Made by a program: the position numbers and the translations under genes | Notes under the pieces: model-generated | What the model saw: the letters and a program-made list of their open reading frames with translations, nothing else | What the model was told of the DNA's origin: nothing | Databases searched by the model: none | Source: Phoronis australis | Lineage: Eukaryota > Animalia > Phoronida | DNA: 64,000 nt | Direction of reading: 5' to 3' | NCBI GenBank assembly: GCA_002633005.1 | Contig: NMRA01000197.1 | Span: forward strand, 62,001 to 126,000 | Part shown: positions 39,967 to 52,992 of the stretch, piece by piece | How positions within the stretch are numbered: position 1 is the stretch's first letter | Layout: each line of letters begins with the position of its first letter

Positions 39967-40504
39967 ACAAGTCCACTTTAAATCAGGTTTAATTTTAAAC
40001 CACCTGAATGAAATCGGCCGTTGCAGTCCAAATCAACGACCAACAGAGAAACAAACAAGGAAAATCGCTGGCGAGTTACAAAAATATGCGGCACACCTCA
40101 CAATGAAATGAAAATGCGCTCCAACGTACATTGTACGTAAAATAAACCCTAAGCAGAATAGAGCGAAAAAGAACCCAATTCACCTCCCTAGCGTGTTGTT
40201 AACATTTTCTTTTCTTTGTTAGGATCTGATGTGGAACATTAAACAGCCCATGAGACTTATTCGGAAGCGCCTACCTTGACGACAAAACTCGTATAGTTTT
40301 ATTCTTTTGCAAAAGACCTCCAGCAAAATCTTACACTGGCTAATCATGGAAAGATTTCCTCATCGTCAGTTGTGGTATGAGTCAGACGACATTTAATTTA
40401 CTGTATGAATATTTCACAATTTCATCCCTCTGTTTATTCAAACCCCAGTAGACCGAGCTAGGCGGCTCTGCAACATCAAGAATACTTCAGTGAGTTTTCA
40501 GAAG

Positions 40505-40571
40505 GTATGTGATTTCTAACTTTTGCATTTATTTTGAGAATATACTATAAAAGACGTGTAATCTTTTTTAG
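40505..40571 (+). other. Candidate 67-nt spliceosomal intron immediately before the NRPS start codon
   Basis: Donor aag|gtatgt at 40505, a ctaac branch-like motif, and acceptor tcttttttag|gt ATG. A second strong acceptor (ttttcttttctttgttag) ends at 40222. Confidence 0.5.
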
Positions 40572-40573
40572 GT

Positions 40574-43500
40574 ATGACCAGCGATGAAACAACAAAATCT
40601 AAAGATGCTACTATTGTTGGTGAGGACGACAATCATGGAGTCTTTACGATCAGCCAAAAACATTGCTCAGCAATATCTGACATTGTCTCACCTGCTGGCT
40701 ACAACACAATAGAAGCGTTGGTATGTATTGCGTATGCTGTGCTCATCCGTTATGAAGGCGCCGATAAACCCCCCTCCATTGTCTTGGCGTTTGCTAGTCC
40801 TCTGCAGGATGAACAAGAATCTGACACCTCTTTGCATAATTACGACAAAAATACTTCTGATGGCGAATATTCAACAGCTCTATTTCCTTGTGATGTCAAT
40901 GGTCATATTTTGAACCTGCTTTTGTCTCAGCGTCTTGAGCTTGAAAAATGGCCTGTAGCGCTTTCTTATTTTAGGCGCAGCAGCCCAAACGTATACATGG
41001 CGTTCGATCTTCCGCGCGAGTTCAAGCGAAGCAGCCAAAGTAAGCAGTCTGCAATTAAGATCAGCATGGTCCTTCAAATAAATGGGGATTATACATGTTC
41101 AGTGCATCAAAGCACAAGCTGCTGTAACAAACCGGTGACGAGATTTCAAGATCATTTTCTATTGCTAGCTCAAGAAGTCATCGTCTCTAAAAATCTTAAT
41201 CTATTCAGCGTCCCAATTCAAACGCAAGAAGAGAAGAAACTAATTTCTGAGTACAACACGACCGATAAATATTACGAAAAGGGCGACTGGCTTATGCATG
41301 AACTTTTTGAAGAAAAAGTAAAACAACTTCCTGACGCAGTCGCTGTTTCTTGTGCTGATCAAATACTGACATACAAAGAACTAGATGAACAATCGAACAG
41401 GCTAAGTGCTAAAATACTGTCCAACATGGGAAGTGCATGTTCAAGTCGTTTGGTTGGAATAAGTGTTGATGCATCAATAGACATGGTGATAGGTATATAC
41501 GCCATCATGAAAGCTGGTTTCGCCTACGTACCCCTTGATCCAAGCTACCCAGAAGACAGGCTGAGTTACATGATTGAAAATTCTAACGTTAGTCTTGTAC
41601 TTGCCAAGAAATCAATTTCTGAAATATTGAGAAATTTTTGCAAAAATGTGCTTTGCCTTGAAGACGTATTGGTAGAATCTGCCAATGGAAAAGAACCTCA
41701 AAAACACATTGTCAATCCTGATGACCTGGCTTACGTTATATACACATCTGGCTCCACTGGGAAGCCAAAGGGTGTGATGGTGAGTCACCGAAATGCAGTT
41801 AACACTCTTCTGGACATCAACGATAGGTACTCTGTGACTGAAAAAGACAAAATTCTTTTGGTTGCATCACTAAGTTTTGATCTATCAGTTTATGACATCT
41901 TTGGCGTCTTAGCAGCAGGGGGTACAGTTGTCATTCCAGTTCCGGAAGTGCGGGGAGTTCCAGATCCCAGCTGTTGGATCGAAACTATGAAAAAGCATAA
42001 TGTGACAATCTGGGACTCGGCACCAGCGGTCTTAAGTCTCCTAATGGAATTTCTTCTTTCCGAAGACGAAACGCTTCCTCTTTCCTTGCGATTATGTATA
42101 CTGAGTGGTGACAGAATACCACTAAACCTCCCCACACATTTGCTGGAGATGGTTCCTAAAATTCAAGTTATGAGCCAGGGAGGAGCCACTGAGGGTTCAA
42201 TATGGTCCATTTATTATCCAATCCAAACCGTTGACGACGATTGGACGACCATTCCATACGGCATGCCACTTTCCAATCAAAAGTACTACGTTTTGGATGA
42301 ATTCCTTAATCCCGTACCAACTTTAGTTGTAGGAGAGTTGTTTATTGGGGGGACAGGTGTTGCCATGGGATACATAAACAATGCTAAAATCACCGGCTAT
42401 CGATTCTTGCCAAGTCCTTTTATCAAAGGAGAGCGAATCTATAAAACTGGTGATCTAGGCAGACTGCATCCTGCAGGATACATTGAATTTTGTGGAAGAA
42501 TTGACACTCAAGTTAAAATACGTGGTTTTCGAGTTGAGCTGTCTGAAATTGAATCAGCTTTGGTTAACCAAGAAGGTGTTGCTGATGCGTTGGTCATGAA
42601 GGTCAAGGAAAAACTTGTCGCTTACGTCATTCCTGACCCAAATGTTCGTTTAATGGAAGCGGACCTACAACAGAAAATTGCTGTTCAACTTCCATCATAT
42701 ATGGTTCCTGCGTTTTTTGTGTTCACGCATTCATTCCCCGTAACTGCTAATGGGAAAGTGGACCGCCAAGCGCTGTCTGAGGTAGACTTTGGTCAGAAAA
42801 CCAACGACAACACAAACTCTCCTCTGCTTGAAAAGAGCTCAGGAACGAAAACAGCTTCGTTTACAGAAAGGGAATTCCTTCTTGCTGAAACATGGAGCAA
42901 AACGTTTAATGTAACTTTAGAAGAACTTTCACCTTCGTCATCTTTCTTTGAAATTGGCGGTGATTCCATTTCTGCTATGACTGTAGTCGCTGAGTTTCGG
43001 AAGAAAGGCTTTAGGATATCGGTGCAGCAGGTTTTGGGTAACCCTAGGCTTTGTCAACTTGCCATGATAGCAAAACCAGTCCGGAGTGTTCAAAATGGCG
43101 AGGTGCAACATCACTCAACACCGTTTGTTCAACTTACTCCAGCCCAGATTTGGTTCTTTGCACATAAATTCAAAAACCCACATTTCTGGAACCAGTCGTT
43201 CCTTCTTCAACCAAAGAAACAAATTGAAGCATCCCAGCTGTCTTCAGCCTTAACCAAACTGATAAGCCAACACGAAATGTTGAGGTGTACGTACTCTCAA
43301 ACATCTGAAGGTAAATGGATACAGAAAATAAACGACATAACGACGCCATTTCTCAGAACTAAAACACTAGAGGACTTGGACATGCTAAACGAAGAATTAG
43401 ACAAGTTAAAATCGTCTCTTAATATACACAAAGGCCCTCTATTGGCAGCTGGTCTATTTAATGTCGGCAATGTGCAAAGAATCTTTTTAACAGTTCATCA

Positions 43501-46500
43501 TTTGGTTGTTGACCTTGTTTCATGGCGTATCATCCTAGAAGACCTGGAAAGAATGTATGAAGGACACCAAACTGAAATGCCAAGCATGTCATTTCAAAAA
43601 TGGTCATCACGTTTGCGACAAACTGCCGTGCCTATTACGAGTGATGCTTGGCCGAAAGAAACTGAAGCCTTCCCACTTCTGGTAGATTCTGGAACTAATT
43701 TATTTCCAACATCTGCCTACAGAAAGACAATTGTTTCTGAGCTCGATCACAAGGTAACAGCTGCTTTGGTATCCTCTGCACATTCTTCATTCAAAACTAA
43801 CACTGCAGACTTTTTGCTAGCATCTCTGATTCTAGCATACAATGAATCATTTGGGTTGAAGGATCTGCAAATTGACGTTGAAGCTCATGGTCGAGAACCA
43901 TGGTCTGACGCAGACGACATTTCAAGAACTGTTGGCTGGTTCATGACAATGTTTCCCCTGAAGCTAGAAATCTACCAGGGTTCTTCAAGCGACACAACGA
44001 TGGAAAACACGCTGAAATTGGTAAAAGAAAAATTAAGAAATATACCGAAGCGCGGGATGCCATTTTGGCTTTTGAAGTTTTTGAAGAACTCCGATGAGAC
44101 AAAAGTTCAAAAATCAGACGTACTTTTCAATTACTATGGTCGATTCGATCAGATTCAAACCAAAAGCGCTTTGTGGGACGTTGCCGACGAGTATCCTTGT
44201 GGTGAGGATGAGTTCAGTGCAGAAGAAAAGCTAACACATAAAGTGGTTGTTGAATGTAGTTTGAAAGAAGAAAAACTCCACATGAAGATGTTTTACTGCA
44301 CTGATATCCACCGACAGAGGACTGTAGAGTCATGGATGGCGAAATGGAAAGAGAATTTAACAAATCTTGTGTTACACTGCACAAGAGATGACGTCTTTGG
44401 ATATACACCGTCAGACTTTCCGTTGCTGAAACTTTCACAGCACCATTTAGATGAGCTCTTGTCAACAAGACTTGCACAATTGGATCTTGAAGCTGAAAAC
44501 GTTTCCGACATGTATCCGTGTACACCCATGCAGGAAGGATTTTTGTTTAGTCTTTTGAAAGATACTTCTGCTTATGTGATACAAAGGTCCTGTACTATCA
44601 AGGGCTTAGTCGACCAGAACAAGCTGCAAGCCAGCGTTTACAAAGTGATTTTAAGACACGACATCTTACGAACGCGCTTTATTGCGGACAGACTAAATGG
44701 CTGCATGCAGATAGTACGGAAAACTTTCGAACCGCAGTGGACGATTGAGGACTGGTCTGATTTTGAAGAAAACCAATATACTCAAAAAGAGAATGAATAT
44801 CTACGATATGACCGCCATTCAGGTTTTAATTTCTCAGAGCCAATGCTAAGGTTTGCACTCTTCAGGATTTGCAAAGATACGTTCCGCTTCATCATTTCCT
44901 CTCACCACAGTTTAGTAGACGGGCAAACGAGTTCACTGATTCTTCAGGAAATAATACTTGCCTACAATGACGCCGTTCTGCCAGACACACCGTCGTTCAA
45001 GGAATACGTCAGGGAAATGATTGATTATAACATGACTTGCTACAAAGCTGAAGGTTTTTGGAGAGACGAAATGTATCAACTACCTGATCGTGGCAACCTT
45101 CGTTTCTTGCCCCCAGAAAATCCACAAACGGGATATGCTGTTATTCACCGCTCAACAATGTGTGGAAAGGTGGGAGAAATTCAGAAGTATGCAGAGCGGC
45201 ATGCAATTTCAGTTGCGGCGATGATCTGTGCTTCTTGGGCATATATAATTAACAAATATTCTTGTGATCCAAACGACGTCATTTTTGGTTTTGTCGTGTC
45301 TGGTCGTGGGACCTCTGATATTGAAAACATTAATAGATTAGTTGGTGTAACCACAAACACCTTGCCATTCAGAGTGAAGATTCACGACCAACACGTTCCG
45401 GAGTGGCTACACTACATCCACGAAAAGTTAACGGCTATTCTTGAACAAGAAAAGTCATACATGTCAGATATACAAAAATGGTGTGGACTTAATTCCGATG
45501 ACAGACTTTTCGAAACACTTGTATCTTACAATACAACAAACAGAGAAACCGAGTCTTCCTTAAAATCAGCATCTTTTGATGTCTGCGATGTCTATGATCA
45601 TGAATTCACGGAATATCCTCTAACACTAGATATTGTCAACACGGGTAATGCCATTGAAATCAAAGCACTGTACGACAGAAATATTATGGATGAGTTAGCA
45701 GTTGTGCAGACACTCAACCAACTAGAAAGAGCCATGTGGTGGATAGCAACAGCGTCAAAAGAAACTCGCATAAGCGAGTTTGACATTGTGAGTCCTGAAG
45801 AACATCTTGAATTGAAAAATTTCAACCCAGTCGAAAACTATGATCGACAACTGGGGCATTTCAAAGGTGTGCATCAACTATTTGAAATGATGGTAGAACG
45901 CTGTTCCAAAGACCATAAGGCATTGGTCATGGACGATGCGTCTTTAACCTACAGAGAACTCAACTCAGCTGCCAACGCCGTAGCTTCACGACTTCGATCT
46001 CTTGGCATTCTCCGTGGCGAGAAGGTTGGACTTCTCATTGATCGAGGAATAACCATGGTTGTCGGAATGCTGGGTATCTGGAAAGCTGGAGGAGCCTTTG
46101 TTCCTATTGATGCTGCCCAGCCGTTGGACCGCGTGCAGTTCATATTGGAGGATTGTGGCTGTCAAATTGTCTTAAACTGCAGCTCAATCGACACACAAAC
46201 ATTACCACAGAAACACACGTATATTAATTTAAATCGCCAGACGCTCCCTACGTACAAAAACCAGAGTGGGTGTAATCTGGATTGTGTCAATGATGCACGA
46301 GACCTTTCGTATATGATTTACACTTCGGGTACAACTGGGCGACCAAAAGGCGCCATGGTTGAACATCGTGGTCTAATTAATTTCTTGATGTATAAGCCTG
46401 GGGGAGTTCTCGACGTGACCCCTCAAACGAACGTTATGCAGTACTTTGCCGTCGGATTTGATGGCGCAGTCTTGGAAGTGTGGACAACACTTTGTCATGG

Positions 46501-49021
46501 TGGGTGCCTTTTCATTCCTTCTGGCGATTTTACAAAGATTATGAAGATAGTCGATGCTGTTGGGAACACACCGTCTACTCTTGCTATTCTCGACCCCAAT
46601 GACTATTCTAATTTGAAGCTTGTTTTTGCGGGTGGTGAACCGTGTTCGTCAGCAATGGTGAAGATGTGGGGCAAAAGTAGAGTTCTATTAAATGGCTACG
46701 GACCAACGGAATGCAGCATTATGTCTCACAGTGGTCGACTGTTACCAAATAAGCGAATTTCTGTTGGCAAACCACTGCCGAATACCAAAAGCTATATTCT
46801 CGACAGCTATCATCGGCTTGTTCCACCTAATATGACAGGTGAGCTTTACATAGGCGGAGTTAACGTTGGGAGAGGTTACCATAATAGACCGGATTTGACC
46901 GAAAAGGCCTTTTTGGAAAACCCCTTTGATACTGGACGAATGTATAAAACTGGTGACTTGGCAAGGTGGTTGGAAAATGGGGAAATCCAAATCATTGGGC
47001 GAATTGATCATCAAATTAAACTACGAGGCAAACGTGTAGAACTCGAAGAAGTCAGGGCTACTATTGAACGTCTTCCTGGTGTAACACAAGCACACGTCCT
47101 TGTTCAAGACAAACAACACATTGTTGCATATGTCATGTCTTCCGGTTCACTGAGTCAAGACAATCTTCTTTCAGATTTGAAGAAGAAACTTCCAGGTTTT
47201 ATGGTACCGACTGCAATATTTTGCATGGAAAATTTTCCACTTACAGCAAACAAAAAGATAGACCAAAAATCTTTGCCAAAGTTTGAGCCCCAAACAACGC
47301 ATTGTAAGGGTGTAACTCCGTCTAATAATCTTGAAAAAATTATTCTCAACGGTTACAGAGAGGTTGTGGACCCGGGTTTTAACATGGAGGATGATTTCTT
47401 TGACCTTGGAGGGCACTCGCTTTCAGCAATACGACTAAAATCGCTACTTGCAGACAATACAGGATTAGATATTTCCATGGTTGATGTTATGCAGTTCACC
47501 ACGCCTGCTGACCTCTCCGCAGAACTAAGCAACAGAATGCTGTTTCCAAAGAAGAAGCAGCAAACGGCATTTATCATTCCAAAAACTTGTCCCATCGACG
47601 GTGACAAGGTTATTACGGCCAGAGCATCCTGTCGACAAGAACAAATGTGTTTATTGTATGAACTAATTCCAAGTAGTCCAGTGTACAATGTAACTGTTAT
47701 TCTAGCATGTCACGGATTCCTAAACGTGGACATTCTGAAAAAATCTCTGAGACACATAACGACAATGCAGGGTTCGTTCCGCACCTCGTTTATGAGGTCT
47801 GCTGACAATTCTTTTTATCAAACAATAACGCCCGAAAAAGACTACGATCTGGACTTCAGCTACTATGACTACGCAGGACAATCGGATAGCAGTCAACAGA
47901 AAGCACGTGAACGTCTGTACAAAGAAGCTGCAAAACCATTCCTTCTTTATTCTGTTCCTCTGGCCCGATTTGTACTGGTCAAACTCTCAAACGAAGTTCA
48001 TCATTTGGGAATATTTATGCATCACTCCGTCACTGACGGAGCCTCGTTTAAGATAATTATTGAACAGTTGGGTGAATGCTATTCTTCGTTACTGAATAAT
48101 CATCAGTTAAACATTTCGTCACAAAGATTAAACTACATCGATTACAGCAATTGGGAAAGGAAGCTACTAGATGATGGTGAAATGGAGAGACAACTAGAGT
48201 TTTGGAAAAACAATTTAGAAAATGTTGCCACTATTATGGATTTACCGCGGGATCGCTCACGCCCCGCCATTCCATCGTATCGTGGCGCTACTGTCTTCTT
48301 TGACATTCCAGAAGTTGTTTCAGAAAAAATGATGAAATGTGCCCTTGAATGCGGGGGAACACTTTTCACATCCCTGCTGTCTACGTTTGCATTGCTGATT
48401 CGAGTGTATTGTCAAGCTGATGACGTAGTTGTGGGTGCCTTCTTCTCTGGAAGGCACAACCCCGGTGTTGAAAGTCTAGTCGGCTACTTCGTAAACACTC
48501 TTCCTGTTAGAGTTCAATTCAAGCAAAATTCCACATTCAAATCCCTTTTGAAAGATGTAAGGAATTTGATGCTTGATGTTCTTGATAACCAGGATGTTCC
48601 ATTTCAGAAGATCCTAGAATGCTTGAATGTGCCACGTGATACGTCTTATCACCCCATCATTCAAGCAGCAACAGTTCTTCAAGAAGGTTTTGCAAACAGG
48701 CACTTTGCCGATGGACTTTCTGTCGATGTTCAGACCTTTGAACAATTCACTGCAAAGTTTGACTTGAACTTGGAGTTTGTGAGACAAGATAGTGGAAAGT
48801 TGAGTGGCCATTTCGTATACAACACTGATATATTCAACCGTTCTACCATACAAAGAATGAGCCAGACTTTGTTACACTTGTTTGAAGTGCTAACAACAAA
48901 CCAAGACACACCTTTCAGCTCTTTAGACTTGCTACCACCATGTCAGTCAGCCCTTATTAAATCCTTTAACAGAACGGGAGATTTTTGCAAGCTTCGCATG
49001 CACCAGCAATTTGAACAACAA
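40574..49021 (+). CDS. Multimodular NRPS, part 1: X-A1-T1-E1-C-A2-T2-C-(start of A3); runs into an assembly gap
   Basis: Uninterrupted ORF of about 2800 codons. A motifs YTSGSTGKPKG / YTSGTTGRPKG, GELxIGG, YKTGDL, GRIDxQxKxRG and NGKVDR. T motifs GGDSI and GGHSL. E motifs HHLVVDLVSW, EAHGRE, RTVGWF, FNYYGRFD and TPSDFP. C motifs HHSLVDG and HHSVTDG. Confidence 0.97.
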
Positions 49022-49238
49022 NNNNNNNNNNNNNNNNNNNNNNNNNNNNNNNNNNNNNNNNNNNNNNNNNNNNNNNNNNNNNNNNNNNNNNNNNNNNNNN
49101 NNNNNNNNNNNNNNNNNNNNNNNNNNNNNNNNNNNNNNNNNNNNNNNNNNNNNNNNNNNNNNNNNNNNNNNNNNNNNNNNNNNNNNNNNNNNNNNNNNNN
49201 NNNNNNNNNNNNNNNNNNNNNNNNNNNNNNNNNNNNNN

Positions 49239-52200
49239 GCAGGTCGCAAAGATAGGCAAGTTAAATTAAGAGCTTTCCGTGTAGAACTCGATGAAGTCGA
49301 GCATGTTATGAGGATGCAGGATGGAATTTCAAACGCAGCATCTGTCGTGAAAAATGACGTTCTTGTGGGATACGTAACACCAGACATAGGAAGTGCTGGC
49401 GTTTTTCAACTGAAGAAAAATCTTCAAGACAAACTCCCTCGCTATATGGTTCCATCCGTGATAGTTCCTCTGTCAGAATTTCCTATGTCAAGCTCAGAAA
49501 AGATTGATTATAAAAGCTTGCCTGAACCCAGTGTTGGTGACATCGAGATACTGACTAAAAAAGAAGAAATTTTGATCGAAATATGGAGTGAGGTTCTACA
49601 AATCGATCCATCAAAAATAAAGTCAAGCGACTCATTCTTTTTTCTGGGTGGTGATTCTATTTCTGCCATGAGAGTATTTTCTCAGGGAAGAAAACGCGGA
49701 CTTCGTTTTACAGTACAACAAGTATTCCAGTCCAGAAGCCTGTCTCAGCTTGCACATTTTGCAAAGTTTGTCGGTGTTAAAAAATCTACTATCAAGAAGA
49801 ACAACAAGCAGATATCGGGCAATGTGCCCTTCACCCCTATTCAAGAATGGTTTGTCAACTTAAACCTTCGTAATCGCAATTGCTTCAACCAGTCACTACT
49901 ACTAAGACCATTGCTGAACGTTAACCCAACAATCCTACAAAATGCCATTCATGAACTTATCTCCCATCACGATATTTTGCGCGCTTCATTCACTTTTAAA
50001 GAAGGTGGGAATGCAAATCAGGAAATCCAACCATGTGACAAAGCTCGAACGCCAAAGTTGATTCACAAGAAAATTGATGAAGACCAACTAGACGATGAGC
50101 TCGGGAAACTTCAAAATTCATTGGATTTAACATCTGGTCCCCTTCTGGCGATTGGTCTATTTGACATTGTTGGCCAGCGGCAGTTTCTGTTCATAACTAT
50201 CCATCACTTGGCTGTGGACCTTGTTTCTTGGCAAATCATTCTGGAAGATCTCGAAACACTATGTCGCGGAAGCTCCCTGCAACCAAAAACTTCTTCATTC
50301 AAAGAATGGTCAGAGCTTCTGGTTTCCGACTATACTCCAAGCCTCAATGCAAATGATTGGCCAGCATTGGAACAAAGCAGTCCTTTAAAAACAGATTTTT
50401 CGAAAAGCATGGAAAGCATCGAAAGCGCAAGTCGTGTGCTTGAATCAATAGAGCTAGACAAAAATACAACAAACAAATTACTGAGTCTTAGAGGGACTCA
50501 TGGGAAAGATAGCCCTTCGATTAACGACGTTCTTTTGACTGCTTTAATTGTTGCTTACTATGAGTGGACCGGAGAAGCATCGTTGACTGTTGAACAAGAA
50601 TGGCACGGAAGAGAACCTTGGACTGACACACTCGATCTTTCTCGAACTGTCGGTTGGTTCACTGCTATGTTTCCTGTCACATTGGCTTTGAAAAATCATA
50701 CAGACAACTTACTGGAACACCTTGAAGAAATAAAACGACGACTTCAAAGAATTCCTAATAACGGTATGCCGTACGGCGCTATGAGGTACTTGAAAAAGGA
50801 CAATGATCCAAGGTTTAACCAACACAGTGACGTTGTGTTCAATTACCACGGGAGTGCCACGATGTTCTCTAAGGAGAATAGCCTGTGGGATGTTTGCACA
50901 AACGGCAATTACACTTACAACAACCAGTGTAAGTACGAAAAGATCACTCACATGTTGGCTATTGAGTGTTATATTTCTCAGGGACGCCTTCAAGCCGTCT
51001 TCATTTTTAGCAAAGACCTTCACAAGACTAAAACCATTCAATCATTGGCACAATCCTGGAAGAAAGTAACAGAAAATATCTTAGAGTCACTTCAGCTTAG
51101 CTGCACAATTTCTGATATGCCTTCAAAAACTGATGATAACAAAGTGAAGACAATGGAAGATGCATTGAAAGTAGCGCATATCAGTTTGGACGAGGTGGAA
51201 GATATTTACGCGTGTACACCTCTTCAAGAAGGGTTAATATTTTCTTTACTTCAAGACAAGTCGTCCTATTTAGTGCAGTTATGTTTAAACATAACAGGAA
51301 AGCTTGATGTTGAAAGATTCAAATATGCCTGGAGTATAGTTATTAAACGTCACACAGCTTTGCGAACGAGCTTTATTATTGATTCCGGAAGCCATTCTTT
51401 GATTCAAATAGTAAGACGCCAGTCTGATCCTCAATGGGAAGTGGGATCCTGGATTGATTCTGAAGAAACGGAGAGTAGTTTTGTAAACTTAGACAGGGCG
51501 AAGGGATTCAGTGCAAACGGAATTCTAATTAGATTTGCTTTAATGAAAACAAGCGAGTGCAGCCACAAGTTTATTTGGACCTTCCATCATTCGGTTGTTG
51601 ACGGATGGTCTTCTCCGCTCGTCCTCAGAGACGTTTTGAAAGTTTATCATGCTCACGATCTTCCACCCGCCCCTTTGTTTCGTCTGTTTGTGGAAAATTG
51701 CAAATCTCGGGACATGCTCGCTGCACAAACTTTCTGGTCACAATATTTGTCAAATCTGAAACCAAAACGTATCTTGACATTGTCGACAAATCAGGGATCC
51801 TCTGAATGTGACACGAAGCAGGTGTTGCGTACATTTTCTACAAAGCTGGAAGATTTGAAGAAATTTGCAAGGGAAAACAGTTTAACGACAACCTCTGTCA
51901 TGTATGGCGCGTGGGCATTAGTTTTGGATCGGTATTGCAGTAGCCACAGGAAAGACGTAGTCGTGGCCGTTGTCGTCGCGTCGCGAAGTGCCGACATTGA
52001 AGGAGTCGAAGACGTAGTTGGTCTACTGCTCAACACCTTGCCACTTCGCATAACTTTGCCTTCTGACGAAAAAGTAACTTTTATAGAATGGCTGAAGACC
52101 ATCCACGAAAATCAAGCTGCAATAATGGCTTATGATTATTGCAATTTAGCTGACATACGGAAATGGAGCGGTCTTCCAAGAGATCAGAATCTGCTTGATA

Positions 52201-52991
52201 CTCTGGTTACATACGAAAATTACCCAGCGTTTGAAAACTTTAAAGACCAAGAAATCGAATTTTGTGCAATCCATGGATATGAAGATATCGATTTGCCTTT
52301 GGGAGTTCTTTTTGGTGACGACGGCGAATATCTCATGGCTAAGTTCATGTACGACGCAAATAGGGTCAGCAATGAATTAGCCCACCAGATGTTGGCTCAC
52401 TTGAACAATCTTTTAGATGAGATACTCCTTTCTGATAGCTCAAAACCAGTGATTCATGCCGAGATTGACACTAAACATGCCAGTGTCGAAAGTCCACTAA
52501 CTGACGACGTGACGTACTCGCTCTGCATTAAAGATCAACATGGTCGATCTTGTCCAAACGGTGTTATCGGGAACTTGTATATACAATTCAACAAGGATGA
52601 TGACGTGCTTTACACTGGTGTTCTTGCAGCATCACAGATTAACGGTGACATAACAGTCGTTTTGGACAACGAAGTAAACTCAATACCAAAGGAACTCGAT
52701 GGGATTGAAGGTTTGCGAGGCTGTTTTATTTCAGAAACTAATGAAGGTGTATTTGCCTTCATTACCTCCGAGTATCCCATGCCCTCTGCGACATTGCAGA
52801 ATCTCAAATCGATACTTGGAAGGGCACATGCACCATTGTTTGTTCTACCAGTTCACTTCACCGTTGTCAGTAAAAACGTTCTTAAAGAAGTAACCGAAGT
52901 ACCGTCGGAAGTCCGGCAAACGGAATCCAAACAATCGTGGCAAGGTAACAGTGACGTCATGGAAATGTTGACCGACAAGGAATTGATGCTT
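49239..52991 (+). CDS. Multimodular NRPS, part 2: (end of A3)-T3-E2-C-vestigial A-(start of T4)
   Basis: GRKDRQVKLRAFRVEL and LPRYMVPS (A8, A9); FFFLGGDSISAM; HHLAVDLVSW, EWHGRE, RTVGWFT and FNYHG; YACTPLQEG and HHSVVDGWS. The frame breaks only at the single N at 52992. Confidence 0.96.
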
Positions 52992-52992
52992 N

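Larger units (their letters stand above)
36959..40020 (+). mobile_element. PIF/Harbinger-type element carrying nested insertions
   Basis: TIRs cggccattttcataaaagtggtt / aaccacctgaatgaaatcggccg with a 3-bp TTG duplication (36956-36958, 40021-40023). Myb/SANT-like remnant LKELDREYINVIENEKT...RKQQAW...HLKMKARKEITLVKK at about 37470-37690. Confidence 0.78.

Noticed and set aside
40728-52893. Many short alternative-frame and antisense ORFs within the NRPS
   Set aside because: These are expected shadows of a long coding region and have no independent motifs.
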